NCBI GenBank assembly: GCA_965195345.1
Contig: OZ239628.1
Location: forward strand, 320,001 to 384,000
Direction of reading: 5' to 3'
DNA from: an uncultured Thiomicrospira sp.
GTDB lineage: Bacteria > Pseudomonadota > Gammaproteobacteria > CAKMZV01
DNA length: 64,000 nt
Under the pieces are notes generated by a model. The model was not told where the DNA came from. It saw nothing but the letters and a program-made list of their open reading frames with translations, and did not search any database. The translations under genes were made by a program, and so were the position numbers. This document shows, in pieces, positions 29,792 through 38,761 of the stretch. The number at the start of each line of letters is the position of its first letter. Position 1 is the stretch's first letter.

Positions 29792-32700
29792 TTAAGCAGT
29801 TTCAGGCGAAGATTTTAATTCAGAAAAAACTTCGAAAAGAAATTGTTTCCGTTCTTCAACCGTATTTGTTTCAACATTGATTTGCAACGTTTGGGGGGTG
29901 CGCATGCGCCATTGTTTAGGATTGTTTTGTAAGCGATGAATTAACTTTTGGTGGTTGATCTTTGCATGTTCGGTAAAGAGCAGTCTTATTTGACTACTAT
30001 CGACGTCGATTTTTTCAACACCAATAACTTGTGCTTGTAATTTCACTTGAGTTATCTCAAGAAGCTGTTGACAACTTTCAGGAAGTGACCCGAAGCGATC
30101 AAGTAATTCATTTCTAATGTCTTCAAGGTGCAGATTTTCGCTAGCGTGATTGATGCGTTGATAAAATTGCAACCGCGTTGGCACATCGTAAATGTATTCA
30201 GAGGGAATAAGCGCGCTTGTGCCAAGCTGAATCTCACAAGGTTTGGCTTGCGGAGGTGTGTCTTTTTGTAAATCTTTATCGGACATTTGTGTAATGGTGC
30301 GTTCAAGCATTTCCATGTACAGGTTAAAGCCGATTTGTTGCAAATGTCCTTTTTGTTGATCACCAAGCAGCTCACCAGAACCTCTGATTTCCAAATCTTG
30401 AATGGCGATTTGAAAGCCTGCCCCCAAATCAGTTGCTTCACTAATGGCTTCCAGTCTTCTACGGGCATCGCCTTTCAAAGTGGTGGTTGAAGGAACAAAT
30501 AAATAGGCATACGCTTGGTGGAATGAGCGACCAACACGTCCCCGTAATTGGTGTAATTGCGCTAAACCAAACTTATCAGCACGATTGATTATTATGGTAT
30601 TAGCATTAGGAATGTCTATGCCTGTTTCTATGATGGTCGTGCACAGTAGAACATGCTGGGATTGGTGATAAAAAGCATTCATCACTGCTTCAATTTGTCG
30701 TTCAGGCATTTGGCCATGCGCGATACCCACGCTTATATCAGGTAAAAGCTGTAGGATCTGACGTCTCATTTTTTCAATGGTCGCAATGTCGTTATGGATG
30801 AAGAACACTTGCCCTCCACGATAGATTTCTCTGCTAATGGCTTCTTTAATTGTGGCATTGTCCCAATCACGAACGAATGTATTAATTGACACTCGATTGG
30901 GTGGAGGGCTAGCAATGATAGAAATATCTCTTAAATTTGAAAATGCCATATTGAGCGTGCGTGGAATCGGAGTAGCAGTCATAGCAAGAACGTTTACTTC
31001 TGCTCTCAACTGCTTAAATCGATCCTTTTGCTTGACTCCAAAACGATGTTCCTCATCAATGATTATTAAGCCAAGATTATTAAACCGCACATCGTCTTGA
31101 ATTAAGCGATGGGTGCCGATAAGAATGTCTATTTGTCCCTTCTCTAATGCTAATAAAGTTTGTTTGTTTTCTAAATTGCTTTGCATGCGCGAAACAATAC
31201 CGATGCGAACGGGCCAGTTGGTAAACCGATCCTTAAAGGTTTGTAAATGCTGGTTTGCGAGCAAAGTAGTAGGGACTAAAACACCGACTTGGTATCGCGC
31301 AAAGGCACTTACAAATGCGGCTCTAATTGCTACTTCAGTTTTTCCAAATCCAACGTCTCCACACACCAATCGATCCATTGGTTTTGCGTTTGCCAAGTCG
31401 GAGAGTACTTCCCCAATGACTTTTGTCTGATCAAGCGTTTCAGCAAAAGGGAATTCAGATGCAAAGCTCGCGTATTCGTCGGATATATCAATGGATTTTC
31501 CTTCTCTTGTAGCACGTTTTGCATAGACTTCAAGTAACTGTGCGGCAACATCCTCAATTTTTTTCTGCGCTTTTTGTTTCTCTTTACTCCATTTTGCTGT
31601 ACCCAATTTATGTAGAGGAGCAAGATCGGCATCCCCAATATAAGGGCTGATAATATCGATATCATGTATAGGGACGAAAAGTTTGTCGCTATCAGCGTAA
31701 AGCACACAAATAAAGTCTTGCTCGCAATCTCCGGTGTTTATTGTTTGCAATCCGTTGTATCTCCCCACACCTTGTTCCAAATGTACTACTGGTGATCCAA
31801 TGGTCAATTGGCTTATATTGTGTAGTGCGGTTTGAAAGTCGATTTGAGCAGATTTTTTTGTGACATCGATATGAACTTGTGGAATCGCTTCGCTTCCAAA
31901 TATTTCAAATTGAGAAAATATTACCCGCTTGTTTGCAGTATCGAAAAAACCTCTATGGATAGGCAAGACTGTTAAGGCTACGCCATTCTCAGCTAAAGAC
32001 ATATCAAGCGCTTTGCTCCAACTCTCTACTATTTGAGTAACGATGTTAAGTTTGCCAAGTTGCTGCTGACATTGCTCAAGGTGACGTTTCCCCTCAAGGC
32101 AACAGACAATCTGTTTGGGCTGTAGTTTATGCGCATTGAGGACGCTTTTAAATCCTTCGCTCATTGAACTGTTTAATGGACGTAGGTCTGTATTGAGACT
32201 GTTAAGCTGTAGATTTAAGCGTGCTCGTTGTAAGTAAAGAGGATTTTTTTTACTTAGTAAGTCTTTCAACAATTTAGGGTTAATGAAGAGTTCTTCTGGG
32301 GGAACGCATGGTTGGCTCAAGTCTTGGCGCGTTTTATGTCGCTGTAAGCATTGATTCCAAAATATTTTGCCACTGGCTAATGCGCTTGGGCAGATAATTA
32401 CTTGTGTTTCTTCGGGCAAATAATCAAAAAAAGAACACAACGTTGAAGTGTGAAGCCAAGGAAGGAAAAATTCAATCCCAGGAAACTCTTTTCCAGAGCT
32501 TATTTTTTGATAGATTGTGCTGTGGGCAGAATTAATGCCTAATTGTCGAAATGACTTGCGAAATTTTTCTATGGTTTCAGATGTTAGACTAAATTCATTA
32601 GAAGGCAATAAATCAATACTATCAACATTTTTTAATGTTCGTTGGCTTTCAGGGTTAAAGGATCGAATGCTTTCTATTTCGTAATCAAAAAAATCAAAGC

Positions 32701-33214
32701 GATAGGGCACAGACGACCCCATAGGAAATACGTCAAAAATAGAACCTCGAGAAGAATATTGACGTGCTTCGTTTACTGTGGCTGTACGGGTGTACCCTGC
32801 ACGGTCAAGTTGTTCTGAAAAATGCATCGTATTGAGACGATCACCTACCGTAAATTGGAAACGTTCTCCGTTTATCCAATCAGAAGGAGGAAGATAATGC
32901 ATTAGAGTATTTGCTGAAATAACCATGATTTCTGGCATGCTATCACCCATGAGGGACAGCCTTTTAGACACTAAATCAGGAGGTGGTGAAAATGTATCGT
33001 AAGGTAATATTTCTCGATCGGGGAAACAGGCAATTTTTCTATTTGGGCAAAAGGAAGACAATTCATGCACTAATTGGTTTACTGCATGTATGTCCTTTTC
33101 AATAATTAGTACTTTGTCAGTATTCTTTAAATATTGATTTATGACGTAGGCGTTCGTTCCTTCAACAACGCCACCTAACGATTCAGGCAACTCTTTTTGA
33201 AAAGACATGTTCAA
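29792..33214 (-). CDS. mfd: Transcription-repair coupling factor
   Basis: UvrB-like N-terminus, RID (VVHLEQGVGRY), CGDVGFGKTEVA, IIDEEHRFGV and QLRGRVGRS; TRCF C-terminal domain. Confidence 0.97.
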   Translation of the reverse strand: MNMSFQKELPESLGGVVEGTNAYVINQYLKNTDKVLIIEKDIHAVNQLVHELSSFCPNRKIACFPDREILPYDTFSPPPDLVSKRLSLMGDSMPEIMVISANTLMHYLPPSDWINGERFQFTVGDRLNTMHFSEQLDRAGYTRTATVNEARQYSSRGSIFDVFPMGSSVPYRFDFFDYEIESIRSFNPESQRTLKNVDSIDLLPSNEFSLTSETIEKFRKSFRQLGINSAHSTIYQKISSGKEFPGIEFFLPWLHTSTLCSFFDYLPEETQVIICPSALASGKIFWNQCLQRHKTRQDLSQPCVPPEELFINPKLLKDLLSKKNPLYLQRARLNLQLNSLNTDLRPLNSSMSEGFKSVLNAHKLQPKQIVCCLEGKRHLEQCQQQLGKLNIVTQIVESWSKALDMSLAENGVALTVLPIHRGFFDTANKRVIFSQFEIFGSEAIPQVHIDVTKKSAQIDFQTALHNISQLTIGSPVVHLEQGVGRYNGLQTINTGDCEQDFICVLYADSDKLFVPIHDIDIISPYIGDADLAPLHKLGTAKWSKEKQKAQKKIEDVAAQLLEVYAKRATREGKSIDISDEYASFASEFPFAETLDQTKVIGEVLSDLANAKPMDRLVCGDVGFGKTEVAIRAAFVSAFARYQVGVLVPTTLLANQHLQTFKDRFTNWPVRIGIVSRMQSNLENKQTLLALEKGQIDILIGTHRLIQDDVRFNNLGLIIIDEEHRFGVKQKDRFKQLRAEVNVLAMTATPIPRTLNMAFSNLRDISIIASPPPNRVSINTFVRDWDNATIKEAISREIYRGGQVFFIHNDIATIEKMRRQILQLLPDISVGIAHGQMPERQIEAVMNAFYHQSQHVLLCTTIIETGIDIPNANTIIINRADKFGLAQLHQLRGRVGRSFHQAYAYLFVPSTTTLKGDARRRLEAISEATDLGAGFQIAIQDLEIRGSGELLGDQQKGHLQQIGFNLYMEMLERTITQMSDKDLQKDTPPQAKPCEIQLGTSALIPSEYIYDVPTRLQFYQRINHASENLHLEDIRNELLDRFGSLPESCQQLLEITQVKLQAQVIGVEKIDVDSSQIRLLFTEHAKINHQKLIHRLQNNPKQWRMRTPQTLQINVETNTVEERKQFLFEVFSELKSSPETA

Positions 33215-33533
33215 TAGATTGACTCTTTAAGAGAGGGGTTATTTTAATTATGCGGATAAGATTTTTTGTAAACATAACTCTGGCTTTTTGAGTGCGTGTT
33301 TAATTTACGTTCGGCATTATAAGTGGAAGGAAAAATCTTTGAATGTCTTTCCTATGATGATTTTTTTCATTGTTGAAAATCAATGGTGATGTTTTTAAAA
33401 CATGCATCTAAACAGCTCTGTTTTAGGTTACGAGTAAATGAAATAATGGTTATTACAATTGTAAAATTCTACTTAGATGCAAAATCCCAAGTTGCCTTTC
33501 ACAACTAAAAGAAAAGTAATGCCTTAGATAGCC

Positions 33534-33562
33534 CTGAATTTCGTGTGGTTTAAGCGTAAAAT
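33534..33562 (+). promoter_or_regulatory. Putative sigma70 promoter for the SulP gene (implies a ~230-nt leader)
   Basis: CTGAAT-17 nt-TAAAAT followed by GC-rich ACCGCC. Confidence 0.4.
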
Positions 33563-33574
33563 ACCGCCATCTTT

Positions 33575-33722
33575 TTGGCACATCGAAAGCTATCTAATTT
33601 TACAGCAATAAACGCAGACATTAATTTTGGTTAATTGTGTGTTTCGTGCCTGCAGCACAAGCAACAACGCGCTTACTTTTTCTTCTCCGTTGAAACGAGG
33701 GTGGGTTCGGTTGTGCTAAGCC
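33575..33722 (+). ncRNA. Candidate structured cis-regulatory leader RNA of the SulP gene
   Basis: Locally GC-richer segment with nested helices GGCA/TGCC, CGAAA/TTTCG, AGCACAA/TTGTGCT, GCTTACT/GGTGGGT and CGT-TGAA-ACG; not recognised as a known family. Confidence 0.35.
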
Positions 33723-33796
33723 GATAGTACAGAATTTGATAATACCAATTGAACCATTAAAACTTGCCAATCTCGTAAATTTTTTCAACATACTCT

Positions 33797-35410
33797 ATGA
33801 AACCATTTTTGCACCACTTTACGATTGACCCAAAGAACGATATTCTTTCAGGGCTAACAGTAGCGCTTGCGCTTATTCCAGAGGCAGTTGCCTTTGCCTT
33901 TATTGCGGGTATTGATCCTTTGGTCGCTTTATATGGCGCTTTTATGATGGGGTTAATAACGTCACTATTTGGTGGGCGACCCGGTATGATTTCTGGCGCA
34001 ACCGGTGCGATGGCAGTGGTTATGGTTCACATGATTCAGCAAGGGAATCAAGTGGGGCTCAGTTTAGCCGAACCTATAGAAAATTTAGGGCTTCAATGGT
34101 TGTTTATAACATTATTATTGGTGGGTGGGATACAAATTACCGCAGGCGTTTTTAGACTGGGTAAATTTGCACGTCTTATCCCACACTCTGTGATGATGGG
34201 GTTTGTCAATGGCTTAGCGATTGTCATTTTCCTTTCTCAATTAGGCATGTTTCAAACGAATAATAATGGTTCGATCTCTTGGTTAACGGGAAATTCGCTA
34301 TACACCATGATTGCACTGGTAGTGTTAACGATGGGCATTATGTACGGCTTGCCAAAGTTCACCAAAAAAGTACCAGCCGCATTGACTGCTATCCTGATTG
34401 TTGCGGCGATTACCATTTTTGGCGATATAGAGGTTAGTACTGTCGGTAGCTTCATTCGTGATGGTGGGGGAGAAGGGTTGCAAGGTTCGCTGCCGTCTTT
34501 TCAGTCTGGATTGTTTGCATTTGTTACAACTTTAGATGGTCATTGGGGTTTGATAATATCGACCGCATTTTTACTGGCTGCTGTTGGTTTAATTGAGTCT
34601 TTAATGACTTTAAACTTGATTGATGAGATGACTGAAAGGAGAGGGAGTGGCAATCGAGAATGCGTTGCACAAGGTGGTGCGAATGTTTTAAACGGTTTGT
34701 TCGGAGGCATGGGTGGTTGTGCAATGATAGGGCAATCTATCATTAACATTAACTCAGGTGGCAGAGGACGCTTATCGGGAGTTGTTGCCTCTATTGCGCT
34801 ACTTTGTTTTATTTTATTTGGCGCATCTATGATTGAACAGATCCCCATTGCTGCACTTGTAGGCGTGATGTTTATGGTTGTTGTAGGAACGTTTGCGTGG
34901 AGTAGCTTTAGAATTATAAATAAAATACCCAGATCGGATGCTTTTGTTCTGATTTTGGTTTCTGCAGTAACCGTTTGGCAAGACTTAGCCATTGCTGTGA
35001 TTGTTGGCGTTATTATTTCAGCGTTGGTGTTTGCTTGGAGAAACGCCACCATGATCCGAATTCGTAAAAGAATGAAAGAAGATGGCACCAAAGTTTATGC
35101 CGTCTGGGGACCTTTGTTTTTTGGTTCAGTGCTGAATTTTAATACCAAATTCATGGTAAAAGATGATCCTGATAAAGTAGAGATTGATTTTATTGAATCA
35201 AAGATAAGCGATCATTCTGGTGTTGAGGCTATTCAAGCTTTAGCCAACAGATATCTGGAAAGAGGGAAAAAATTAAGATTGACGCATCTAAGCCCAGATT
35301 GTATAAAAATTTTAATGACGATGGATCCTAAGCTTGAGGAAATAATCGATCGTTCAATCGATGATCCGCGCTATTACGTGGTTACAGACAAAGTTGACAT
35401 AGAAACATAA
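33797..35410 (+). CDS. SulP/SLC26-family inorganic anion transporter with STAS domain
   Basis: ALALIPEAVAF, GGRPGMISGATGA, GGMGGCAMIGQS and GPLFFGS motifs. Confidence 0.92.
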   Translation: MKPFLHHFTIDPKNDILSGLTVALALIPEAVAFAFIAGIDPLVALYGAFMMGLITSLFGGRPGMISGATGAMAVVMVHMIQQGNQVGLSLAEPIENLGLQWLFITLLLVGGIQITAGVFRLGKFARLIPHSVMMGFVNGLAIVIFLSQLGMFQTNNNGSISWLTGNSLYTMIALVVLTMGIMYGLPKFTKKVPAALTAILIVAAITIFGDIEVSTVGSFIRDGGGEGLQGSLPSFQSGLFAFVTTLDGHWGLIISTAFLLAAVGLIESLMTLNLIDEMTERRGSGNRECVAQGGANVLNGLFGGMGGCAMIGQSIININSGGRGRLSGVVASIALLCFILFGASMIEQIPIAALVGVMFMVVVGTFAWSSFRIINKIPRSDAFVLILVSAVTVWQDLAIAVIVGVIISALVFAWRNATMIRIRKRMKEDGTKVYAVWGPLFFGSVLNFNTKFMVKDDPDKVEIDFIESKISDHSGVEAIQALANRYLERGKKLRLTHLSPDCIKILMTMDPKLEEIIDRSIDDPRYYVVTDKVDIET

Positions 35411-35610
35411 GCCTTAAAGCATTAGGGTCAAACGGTATCAAATGATTACTTAGAGCGCTTTAGCGAGAGGAAGTTACTGGAGCGTTTTGCCACACACCAT
35501 ATTCAACATAATACTATTTATTCACAAAATCACCTTCATCGTTGAAAGAATTGGATTACTATGGATTATGTCGTAAAATCTAGGGTTTTAAATTATCAAG
35601 TCAGACATTC

Positions 35611-36498
35611 ATGTCATCAAAACATCCAGTTGTAGCAATTACAGGCGCCAGTGGAGCAGGAACTACAACAGTTAAGCACGCGTTTGAAGCAATTTTTGCA
35701 ATAGAAAAATTAAATGTTGCTATGGTTGAAGGTGATAGTTTTCATCGTTACAGCAGGGAAGAAATGCGGGCTCGAACTGCTGAGTCAAGGCAATATAGCG
35801 AAAAAGTATTCACACACTACAATGAAAAAGCAAATCATTTAGGAAAACTTGAGAAACTCTTTAAAACCTACGGTGAATTAGGTTCAGGACGCGTGCGTCA
35901 CTATGTTCATGATAAGCATTCACGTGATTTTGAGAAAAAAAGAGGTGTTGGGGAGGGCGAGTTTACCCCATGGCATGAATTACCCAAAAATACGGATTTG
36001 CTAATGTACGAGGGGCTTCATGGGGGCGTGGTGACTAAAAGTGTTAATGTTGCTCAATGGGTTGATTTATTGGTCGGTGTTGTTCCTTGCATTAATATTG
36101 AGTGGATGCAGAAAATTTGGCGTGACTGTCGGGATAGACTCTACACTCCAGAACAAGTGAGTGATGTTATTTTAGAACGTCTGCCAGATTACATAAAATA
36201 TATTGCGCCCCAGTTTGACAGAACACATATTAATTTTCATCGCATTCCATTGATTGATACGGGAAATCCTTTTTCTTTTGGAAACCCAAAGCATGTTCCC
36301 ACACCAACGGAATCAATGGTTGTTATTTCGGCACGAAAAGTGGATATTGATTTAGCACCATTAATTGAAAATATTGAGGGGGCTAAGTGTTCCAATGAAC
36401 ACACAATTGTCATCCCAGGAGAAAGTATGCTGAAAGCTATGAATTTGTTATTATTGCCGATTATTAAAAAAATGGTCAACGTTGCCAAATCTACTTGA
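35611..36498 (+). CDS. prkB: Phosphoribulokinase (proteobacterial/PrkB type)
   Basis: TGASGAGTTT, EGDSFHRY, YEGLHG, QKIWRD and PQFDRTHINF motifs. Confidence 0.9.
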   Translation: MSSKHPVVAITGASGAGTTTVKHAFEAIFAIEKLNVAMVEGDSFHRYSREEMRARTAESRQYSEKVFTHYNEKANHLGKLEKLFKTYGELGSGRVRHYVHDKHSRDFEKKRGVGEGEFTPWHELPKNTDLLMYEGLHGGVVTKSVNVAQWVDLLVGVVPCINIEWMQKIWRDCRDRLYTPEQVSDVILERLPDYIKYIAPQFDRTHINFHRIPLIDTGNPFSFGNPKHVPTPTESMVVISARKVDIDLAPLIENIEGAKCSNEHTIVIPGESMLKAMNLLLLPIIKKMVNVAKST

Positions 36499-36532
36499 CG
36501 AATAGCAAGTAAAAGCATACAATTCGCCTCCC
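36495..36532 (+). promoter_or_regulatory. sigma70 promoter of the rpmH operon, overlapping the prkB stop codon
   Basis: TTGACG-17 nt-TACAAT followed by a GC-rich discriminator TCGCCTCCC. Confidence 0.75.
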
Positions 36533-36553
36533 TTCAAAAAGCCAGTAGAAAAA

Positions 36554-36688
36554 ATGAAACGCACATTTCAACCAAGCACAATAAAACGTAAACGTACACA
36601 TGGATTTAGGGCTCGTATGGCCAGCGTTTCAGGACGTAAAATTCTTAATGCTCGTAGAGCAAAGGGACGCAAGCGTCTTAGTGCATAA
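36554..36688 (+). CDS. rpmH: 50S ribosomal protein L34 (missed by the ORF track)
   Basis: Translates to [44 protein letters not shown]. Confidence 0.98.
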   Translation: MKRTFQPSTIKRKRTHGFRARMASVSGRKILNARRAKGRKRLSA

Positions 36689-36739
36689 ATTTTTGGCAAG
36701 TACAGTTGTTGCTTGTAATAAGTTGGTTGTTATTCAAAA

Positions 36740-37087
36740 TTGGCTATTGTCCCGCTTTCTTTTTCACGTAAATTTCGACTGGATAAAAAGTCAGAATTTA
36801 ATGCTGTTTTTAATGGCTGTAAAGCCTACAGAAGAGGGACTTCAACCGCATTAGTTTCCAAAAACACATTGTCTCATCCACGCTTAGGAGTAATTGTTTC
36901 AAAGCGGAAAGTGAATAAGTCGTACAGGAGGAACCATATCAAACGGCAAGTTCGAGAAATGTTTAGACTTAAACAACAGACTTTGCCAAATGTTGATATG
37001 ATAGTTATCGCTTCATCGCAGGCAATGAAAGTGGATAATGTCCGCTTTCGCAAAGATCTACAATCAATACTTGATTCATTGGAGTAA
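36740..37087 (+). CDS. rnpA: Ribonuclease P protein component
   Basis: FRLDKKSEF, PRLGVIVSKR and RNHIKRQVREMFR (RNR motif); follows rpmH. Confidence 0.92.
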   Translation: MAIVPLSFSRKFRLDKKSEFNAVFNGCKAYRRGTSTALVSKNTLSHPRLGVIVSKRKVNKSYRRNHIKRQVREMFRLKQQTLPNVDMIVIASSQAMKVDNVRFRKDLQSILDSLE

Positions 37088-37090
37088 TTA

Positions 37091-38761
37091 ATGGAACAAT
37101 TACGGTGGTTTTGGTTAGCAATTTTTTTGGTCAGTCTTACTTGGCTAGGTGTGAATTACTCTGAATTTATTGAGAGAGAACCTCAAATACCTACTGCAAT
37201 AACGCAAAGCACCTCAGACATTCAACAATCCAAAGAGCGTATTAGTAGAGATACAACTGACGACATTCCTATCTTAGAGGATGACGATAGTACGGTTTTT
37301 GATGGAAATGGCGATACTGTTGCTTCAATACAAAACGTAAGTGGACGATTAATTCGTGTTGAAACAGATGTGTTCTCACTGCTTATAGATCAACGCGGGG
37401 GAACTATTATTCGAGCCGATCTTAAGAAATTTCCTATCAGCATTGAGCAAAAGGATATTCCAACGGAATTGTTAGATGAAGAAAGTTATAACATTCAGTC
37501 GGGATTGGTGTCTAAACAAGAGGCACCAACGCACGACGTCCTCTATGACTCACCTTCTGATGAGTACTTTATGGAAGGAAATAACATCCTTGAAGTGCCG
37601 CTGATTTGGCAAGAAAATGGTTTGCGCGTCGTTAAAACGTATCGTTTTAAACCAAATAGCTACGCTATTGAAATGCAAACATCAATCGAAAACAATGGGT
37701 CAGAAAGTTGGTCTGGTAATTTTTATGCGCAATTAATGCGTGACCGCCCACGAGACGAAGAAAGCAGCCGATTCATTTATACATATACAGGTCCTGCAAT
37801 ATACACTGGGGAAAACAATTATGAAAAAATAAGTTTTGATGACATTGATTCTGGAGATGGAAAGACACATCAAAGTCTTGGTAAGAAAATAAGCGATCCT
37901 TGGGTTGCTATGTTGCAACATTATTTTTTGGCGGCGCTTGTTCCAAATGAATCAGAACTTGTTAAATTATTTGCTCGTAAGGTAAAGGATAAATACTACA
38001 TTGGTTATACCAGTGAGCGTATCGTTGTCCCAGTTGGTGAAACGGCCATACTCGAACAAAATTTGTTTATAGGTCCAACGGAACAAAGCCGATTGACCAA
38101 ACTTCACCCAGATTTAAACTATGCCGTTGATTATGGGGTTTTTCATGTTATTGCTGCGCCGCTTTTCTGGTTGCTTAAAAACATTCACTCATTTGTTGGA
38201 AATTGGGGTTTTTCTATTATTCTTGTGACGATGCTGATTAAGTTGGTGTTTTTTAAATTAAGTGAGAAAAGCTATCGCTCAATGGCGAAAATGCGCAAGC
38301 TTTCTCCCAGAATTCAACAGTTGCGCGAACGATATTCTGACGATAAGCAAGAATTAAACAAACGGATGATGAGCATTTATAAAGACGAAAAAGTCAATCC
38401 CTTGGGGGGTTGTTTGCCTGTCTTGGTGCAGATCCCTGTTTTCATTAGCTTGTATTGGGTTCTGATTGAAAGTGTGGAACTGCGGCAAGCTCCGTTTATC
38501 CTATGGATTCATGACTTGAGTATTGCCGATCCATATTTCGTATTGCCCCTTATGATGGGTGTGTCAATGTGGTTTCAACAGCGTTTAAATCCTGCACCAC
38601 CAGATCCTATTCAAGCAAAAGTAATGCAATTTTTGCCAGTAATCTTTACTGTATTCTTCCTGTTCTTCCCTGCAGGACTTGTACTATATTGGGTGACTAA
38701 CAATGTTCTTTCGATTGCTCAACAATGGGTAATTACCAAACGCGTGGAAGCAGAAAAATAG
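37091..38761 (+). CDS. yidC: Membrane protein insertase YidC
   Basis: WVAMLQHYF, NWGFSII, NPLGGCLPVLVQIPVF and LYWVTNN motifs. Confidence 0.97.
   Translation: MEQLRWFWLAIFLVSLTWLGVNYSEFIEREPQIPTAITQSTSDIQQSKERISRDTTDDIPILEDDDSTVFDGNGDTVASIQNVSGRLIRVETDVFSLLIDQRGGTIIRADLKKFPISIEQKDIPTELLDEESYNIQSGLVSKQEAPTHDVLYDSPSDEYFMEGNNILEVPLIWQENGLRVVKTYRFKPNSYAIEMQTSIENNGSESWSGNFYAQLMRDRPRDEESSRFIYTYTGPAIYTGENNYEKISFDDIDSGDGKTHQSLGKKISDPWVAMLQHYFLAALVPNESELVKLFARKVKDKYYIGYTSERIVVPVGETAILEQNLFIGPTEQSRLTKLHPDLNYAVDYGVFHVIAAPLFWLLKNIHSFVGNWGFSIILVTMLIKLVFFKLSEKSYRSMAKMRKLSPRIQQLRERYSDDKQELNKRMMSIYKDEKVNPLGGCLPVLVQIPVFISLYWVLIESVELRQAPFILWIHDLSIADPYFVLPLMMGVSMWFQQRLNPAPPDPIQAKVMQFLPVIFTVFFLFFPAGLVLYWVTNNVLSIAQQWVITKRVEAEK

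Noticed and set aside
35518-35526. TTATTCACA, a DnaA-box-like 9-mer near rpmH
   Set aside because: A single imperfect match in AT-rich DNA, with no box cluster or unwinding element, cannot support an oriC call.
36600-36854. 84-aa ORF in the track
   Set aside because: It overlaps the real rpmH and rnpA genes in other frames.
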